A stretch of 64,000 nucleotides of DNA from Chrysomallon squamiferum. Lineage: Eukaryota; Animalia; Mollusca. Below, piece after piece: positions 58,092 to 64,000 of the stretch; position 1 is the stretch's first letter, and the number at the start of each line of letters is the position of its first letter. Where the stretch lies: NCBI GenBank assembly GCA_012295275.1, contig CM022668.1:1612001-1676000 (forward strand), read 5' to 3'. The notes beneath the pieces are model-generated. The model ran no database searches, had not been told where the DNA came from, and saw nothing but the letters and a program-made list of their open reading frames with translations. Made by a program: the position numbers and the translations under genes.

Positions 58092-59050
58092 TGTTGTTGT
58101 TGTTTTATTGTTGATCTGGTTGTTGTTGTTTTATTGTTGATCTGGTTGTTGTTTTATTGTTGATCTGGTTGTTGTTGTTTTATTGTTGATCTGGTTGTTG
58201 TTGTTTTATTGTTGATCTGGTTGTTGTTGTTTTATTGTTGATCTGGTTGTTGTTGTTGTTGTTTTATTGTTGATCTGGTTGTTGTTTTATTGTTGATCTG
58301 GTTGTTGTTTTATTGTTGATCTGGTTGTTGTTGTTTTATTGTTGATCTGGTTGTTGTTTTATTGTTGATCTGGTTGTTGTTGTTTTATTGTTGATCTGGT
58401 TGTTGTTGTTTTATTGTTGATCTGGTTGTTGTTGTTTTATTGTTGATCTGGTTGTTGTTGTTTTATTGTTGATCTGGTTGTTGTTGTTTTATTGTTGATC
58501 TGGTTGTTGTTTTATTGTTGATCTGGTTGTTGTTGTTTTATTGTTGATCTGGTTGTTGTTTTTTATTGTTGATCTGGTTGTTGTTGTTTTATTGTTGATC
58601 TGGTTGTTGTTGTTTTATTGTTGATCTGGTTGTTGTTTTTATTGTTGATCTGGTTGTTGTTGTTTTATTGTTGATCTGGTTGTTGTTTTTTTATTGTTGA
58701 TCTGGTTGTTGTTTTTTATTGTTGATCTGGTTGTTGTTGTTTTATTGTTGATCTGGTTGTTGTTTTATTGTTGATCTGGTTGTTGTTGTTTTATTGTTGA
58801 TCTGGTTTGTTGTTTTATTGTTGATCTGGTTGTTGTTTTATTGTTGATCTGGTTGTTGTTGTTTTATTGTTGATCTGGTTGTTGTTGTTTTATTGTTGAT
58901 CTGGTTGTTGTTGTTTTATTGTTGATCTGGTTGTTGTTTTTTTATTGTTGATCTGGTTGTTGTTGTTTTATTGTTGATCTGGTTGTTGTTTTATTGTTGA
59001 TCTGGTTGTTGTTGTTTTATTGTTGATCTGGTTGTTGTTTTAATTGTTGA
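58092..59050 (+). repeat. 23-26 bp minisatellite TTATTGTTGATCTGG(TTG)n, ~38 copies
   Basis: Directly visible; units vary mostly in the number of TTG triplets. Confidence 0.97.
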
Positions 59051-59294
59051 AAACCAGGCTGTTTCTTTTTTATTGTTGACAGAGAGGTTCAGGAAGGAGA
59101 GGAGTGTTTGAGATTGAGGATTAATCTGTGAGCAGTGTGAGTTTTATTGAACAGTGAGTCAGGTTGTTGTTGATATTTGTTTTTGAACAACACTGTCAGA
59201 TACATCTGTTTTAAACAGTTGATCATGGTTGTTGTTTTACACAGTTGATCATACACGTTGTAATACACAGTACATGATAAAAACATTGCTCATT

Positions 59295-59985
59295 ACACAG
59301 AGTACATCACACAGAGGTTCATATACACAGTACATCATACACATTGTATCATATACACAGTAATCATTCACAGTGTGTCATATACACAGTACATGATAAC
59401 ACATTATATCATATACACAGTAGATCATTTGTTTTCATATACAACAGTAATCATTCACACAATCTGTCATATACACAGTACATCATACACACAATGTGTC
59501 ATATACACAGTACATCATACACACATTGTATCATATACACATTGTATCATATACACAGTACATCATTCACACATTGTGTCATATACACAGTACATCATAC
59601 ACACATTGTATCATATACACAGTACATCATTCACACAATGTGTCATATACACAGTACATCATACACACATTGTATCATATACACAGTACATCATTCACAC
59701 AATGTGTCATATACACAGTACATCATACACACATTGTATCATATACACAGTACATCATTCACACAATGTGTCATATACACAGTACATCATACACACATTG
59801 TATCATACACAGTACATCATACTTGCATTGTATCATTTATACAGTACATCATACACACATTGTATCATACACAGTACATCATACACACATTGTATCATAT
59901 ACACAGTACATCATACACACATTGTGTCATATACACAGTACATTATATACACAATGTGTCATATACATAGTATGTCATACACACA
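59295..59985 (+). repeat. 32-bp minisatellite CATATACACAGTACATCATWCACACAWTGTRT with alternating variants
   Basis: Period 32; it explains three overlapping repetitive ORFs at 59344-60080. Confidence 0.95.
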
Positions 59986-59995
59986 GACCAATGTT

Positions 59996-60014
59996 TAGCT
60001 CAGTGGTTAGAGTA
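59996..60014 (+). mobile_element. tRNA-derived A-box fragment (probable SINE head remnant)
   Basis: TAGCTCAGTGGTTAGAGTA matches a tRNA D-arm/A-box, but no B-box or cloverleaf follows. Confidence 0.35.
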
Positions 60015-62769
60015 CCAGTGATGATGAACACAGCACAAATGAACTGTGTTTGGTTATTTCTGACCAAGTGTGATTTATAATGTGTCTTGTTAAAGCCATT
60101 TGTCTGTTGGAAAAGATAACTTTCACCTGGCTGCTAAAAGTGGCACAAAAAGTGTACAAATATGTTTCCTCTCTCATAATCATTAACATAAAAATATAAC
60201 ACATAGTGTGTTTCTATAATAGTTAATAAGTTATATACTGATACATTAGTGAAGAAAACAGATGTTGATGACACACAGCTACAGGTAGAAGGTTTATACT
60301 GTTACCTGCTATGTGTAATGTTCTTAGAGAGAAGAAAGAGAAACTGATATCTGAAACACAGCAATTCCTTGTTACGAAAAAATGACTCAGGCTGTTTTGT
60401 ACCTAGTTTGAGAAACATATGAATCTCAGGGGAAGGGCAATTTTCATTTGTAAGTGAATGCACCTTGTCCACCTCACTGATGCATTTTGCAGTTAGCATC
60501 TATTTCCCAATCCGACTGAATGTTGATTACAGTTATAAAGACTTTTTAAACCATTTTTTTTTTTTTTTTTTTTTGTGGAGATGATATTAGATATGAAAAA
60601 TGCTGTTGAAAAATATGAAGATGAAAATGAAGACATATAACTGTGGTTCAGTTTTTATAACAATATGTCTGTAGTTAATGAATTTTTCAGATGTTTGTTA
60701 TTATGAATGTTTGTTCATGTATGTTATGAAGTTTTCTTTTTCTTTTTTTCTTCTTGTTTTGATAGTGTGTTGTGTTTGTTTACTGCAGAATATATATTTA
60801 AATATATTTAACAGATATTTTTTTTTATTTATTGATTTATTTATTTATTCATCATGCATACACTCATTCCAATTATTTTGATAAATCTGCTGTGAGCTTT
60901 GGGTGGAATGGTAAAATGATTGATGAGTGTAGCAAGCAGAACTAATCCTGTAGCTCAGTACATCTCAGATAACTGATTTAATACTTAAACATAACCCATT
61001 TATATTGTGTATGTATGTGTGTGTTTCTTTTTATAAATGTTTATTTATACAGTAACCATAGAAAAAAAATAAAACAGGGTAACAAGACCTCACTTCCCAG
61101 CCACAACAAACACAAAAAAAAAAACAAATATTTTTTTTTTTTTTTTAAATATAAATAAAAATATTTTATAAATAAATAAATAATAATAATAATAAAAAAA
61201 AAAAAAGAAGAAAAAAAAAAGGATACTAAATAAATAATAATAATAATGAAAATTAATTAAAAGAAAAAAGAAAATACACACTCATGCATAACAACACATA
61301 CACACACACACACATATCCACACATTAAAGCACAAGGTAACTGAGGAACATATAAATAGACAGAGTCTTGGGCTGGCTTGTTAATATCAGGATCACAAAT
61401 CAAGAGTGCAAGCTGTGCTTACATCATCCATGTGTTTTTATGATGCTTCAACAAGAAAATATTCTCTGCACTAACTTTCTCATCTGGTAACTGGAAGCAG
61501 GGGGGGCTTGTCACTGGGGAAACAGCAGGAACAAACAGCTCTGTGACCTTCACAAGGTAAATATTCTTAAAACAATACTTATGTAAATTATCTTGTCTAA
61601 CTGAATTATTTCTGTTTTTGTAAACTATTCTTAAAACATACTTGTTAATTATCACATACATAAATTATCTTGTTTACTGATGTTTGTCTGTTTCTTTGTT
61701 TGTAACTATTCTTAAAACAAAACTTGTAAATTATCACATATATACATTATCTTGTTTACTAGTATTTTTTATTTCTTAAAACAATACTTCTAAATTATCA
61801 CATATATAAATTATCGTTTACTGATATTTTTTTTCTTAAAACAAATCTTTTATTATATTATTTTACTGGCATTTTTAATTCTCAATTCATATCAGTTGTA
61901 ATTCATACTTTGTTTTCTACGAAACATCAAATTATATAATCCAGTATCTATCTTAATTTAAAAATATATATAGACATATAAAACACAAGTAGCTGGAAAT
62001 GTTTATTATTTTTTGAAAAATATGTCAAAAAGTATTTACAGAATAATAATCCTAAATGATAATCTATATCTGACTCAAAAGTTTTAAGAAAACTTACAAA
62101 TAAATAAAATAAAAAAAAAAAAAATAAAAAAATAAAAAAATAAAAAAAGAAATAAAAGAAAAATAAATAAAATTAAATTAAATTAATAAGAGATGGTCAT
62201 TCTCTCCCCAAGAAATGAAATATTTTTTCAAAGTTTTTTTCAAAGCAGTGATAAAAAAAACATCAGTCCTCTGTGGTATAGCTAATTCCAGTTCCAACTC
62301 TTTTTATAAAAACCACTATATGTGCTGCAAGTAATCCTGTGTTATATAATTAGCTATGTAGAGTGAGCGTCAGGTTTCTTCTCTTGTTGTTGAAGAATCA
62401 TGACTCACATTACATTCATTTATTTATCAAACACCGTAAACAACCCTAACTAGACTTCATCTTATTGTTTCTTTTTCCTTAAGATTCAAAGATAGAGAGT
62501 TAGATGTTAAGTTTCTGATAAAACTAACAAGATCTGTATCACACAAAGCCACTTTGTTTTCCTTTTACCATATATACATGTCCAGTGTGTTAGGTACTGT
62601 GTTGTGTGCACTGCATAATTGTAGACAAACAGAATTAAGTTAAGTTATGAGGTCAGCTATAAGACATATGCTTCCCATTACACCTGTCGTGTCTTATGAA
62701 GTCCTGCTACACAGGTGAATATGCAATAACTGACCTACGTCCAGCCAAACTTGGACATGAGATCAAGCC

Positions 62770-62805
62770 ATGGATGTTGATTTTCTGTTTATTGGACAAA
62801 ACAAG
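62770..62805 (+). CDS. Candidate short start exon (MDVDFLFIGQNK) of a downstream isoform or gene continuing beyond the window
   Basis: Strong start context GCCATGG, 12 codons, donor AAG|GTATAC in phase 0. A TATA-preceded, donor-terminated candidate exon lies upstream (TATAAATA at 61351, AAG|GTAAAT at 61556). Confidence 0.3.
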
Positions 62806-63225
62806 GTATACTTTTAATTATATTGTTTTAAATAGTTGATTGTGTTTGTATTTATTAAAGATTTTTTTGATTATTTGCAATATAAAACTGTTTTAAATTT
62901 TTTATTAGTTTCTTATGTGGAAAAGCTTGGAATAAATATCTTCCATATGGTTTCAAATTTACTCATTTTGAATTATTTTACATAAAGAGTTGTTTTAATT
63001 ATATAACCAAAATACTAATTATAAAGGATCCTGTTAATTAATCATATATGCAGATACATCCTCAGAATGCATGCACACTTATGTATCTGCATATAAACAT
63101 AATTATACACATGCACACTCATTCAGTTACAGACATATATTTAGCATATTTTTACAGAATCAAAAGACAAATTATGTGTTTGTGTGTGTGTGTGTGTATA
63201 CATATATATAGCGATAGAGAAAGAA

Positions 63226-63275
<50 letters not shown>

Positions 63276-64000
63276 ATTTCCTCATAAAATCTATGCTGAA
63301 TGCCATGTTGTTTTTTCATGCATGCTATGATGAGCAGATAGAGAACGTAACTTTGTGTCTGTGAAAGTGTTCAAGTTATTTCTGTCAGATTTCCCTCTCA
63401 TCTTTGTTTGTTGTCATTCTGCCAGTGTGGAGGTCTGAACTCACATAGTGATGTTCTTAATTACACTTTTTCTTTTCACTCTATGTTCACATACATATTT
63501 CTTATTTAACTATATTCACAAACACATTTTATTTAACTTTATGTTCATATATAAGTTTGCAATTTAATTCTATGATAATATAATTATTATTCAATTATAT
63601 TTTCATATGATATTTTAAATATATGTTCATATAAGTATTTCTTATTAATCTCTTTTTTTCATATAATTATATTCTTATTTAACTGTTTTCATACATATTT
63701 CTTATTTACTCTGTTCATGTTTGTTATCCAGCTATAATTTTTTTTTAAAGAATGTACATATAAATGCTCACTTGCTCCTTATCTTTGAATATGGGTTGAA
63801 TAATTATTATATAATTATATAATAATCATTATAAAATTGAGTACACATAAAATTGATTAAAGTCAGTATAAACAAAATACTTAACCCATTGTAAGATTGT
63901 ATGCTGAACAGCCATGTTGACAAAATAATCAGAATTTAAGCTCTAATTGTTTGAGATAATTTGTTTATATCAGGGCTTATTAATATCAGTTCAGCAGTTT

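Noticed and set aside
59990-60070. tRNA gene
   Set aside because: Only the A-box/D-arm is present; no T-arm/B-box or acceptor stem.
59344-60080. Three overlapping ~200-aa His/Thr/Tyr-rich ORFs
   Set aside because: All frames are open because the 32-bp unit lacks stops; non-coding repeat.
6461-63287. Dozens of short ORFs rich in HT/CV/YI/RE/SL/II repeats
   Set aside because: They are translations of CA/GT, TA, GA/CT and AAT microsatellites.

Overview
AT-rich, microsatellite-dense metazoan genomic DNA, probably a lophotrochozoan or mollusc (inferred from composition and decayed SINE-like pieces, not proven). It holds two + strand genes. (1) A complete two-exon beta-tubulin (2223-2744 + 3126-3941, 445 aa) with an axonemal EGEFDEE tail and a compact CpG-containing promoter. 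(2) A large gene spanning at least ~16.6-40 kb and probably starting near 5.3-5.5 kb. It has several candidate alternative 5' exons, a 239-nt coding exon (32826-33064) and a ~6.2-kb terminal coding exon (33748-39939). Together these encode a ~2150-aa, largely disordered Ser/Thr/Pro/Gln-rich protein with DD(M/V)AxR repeats reminiscent of LMO7/LIMCH1/Smallish. The giant exon is split by one -1 frameshift at a T7 run (37771-37777): most likely an assembly homopolymer error, but formally a perfect U_UUU_UUU slippery site. The rest is intronic/intergenic: a decayed mariner, SINE-like remnants, many mini- and microsatellites, a ~158-nt near-perfect palindrome, about 12 RFX X-box-like motifs, a nuclear-receptor half-site array, and a sharp CpG-rich to CpG-poor transition near 5.9 kb. 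I found no prokaryote-type system (CRISPR etc.). The best leads are regulatory and isoform architecture, all needing transcript or read-level confirmation.
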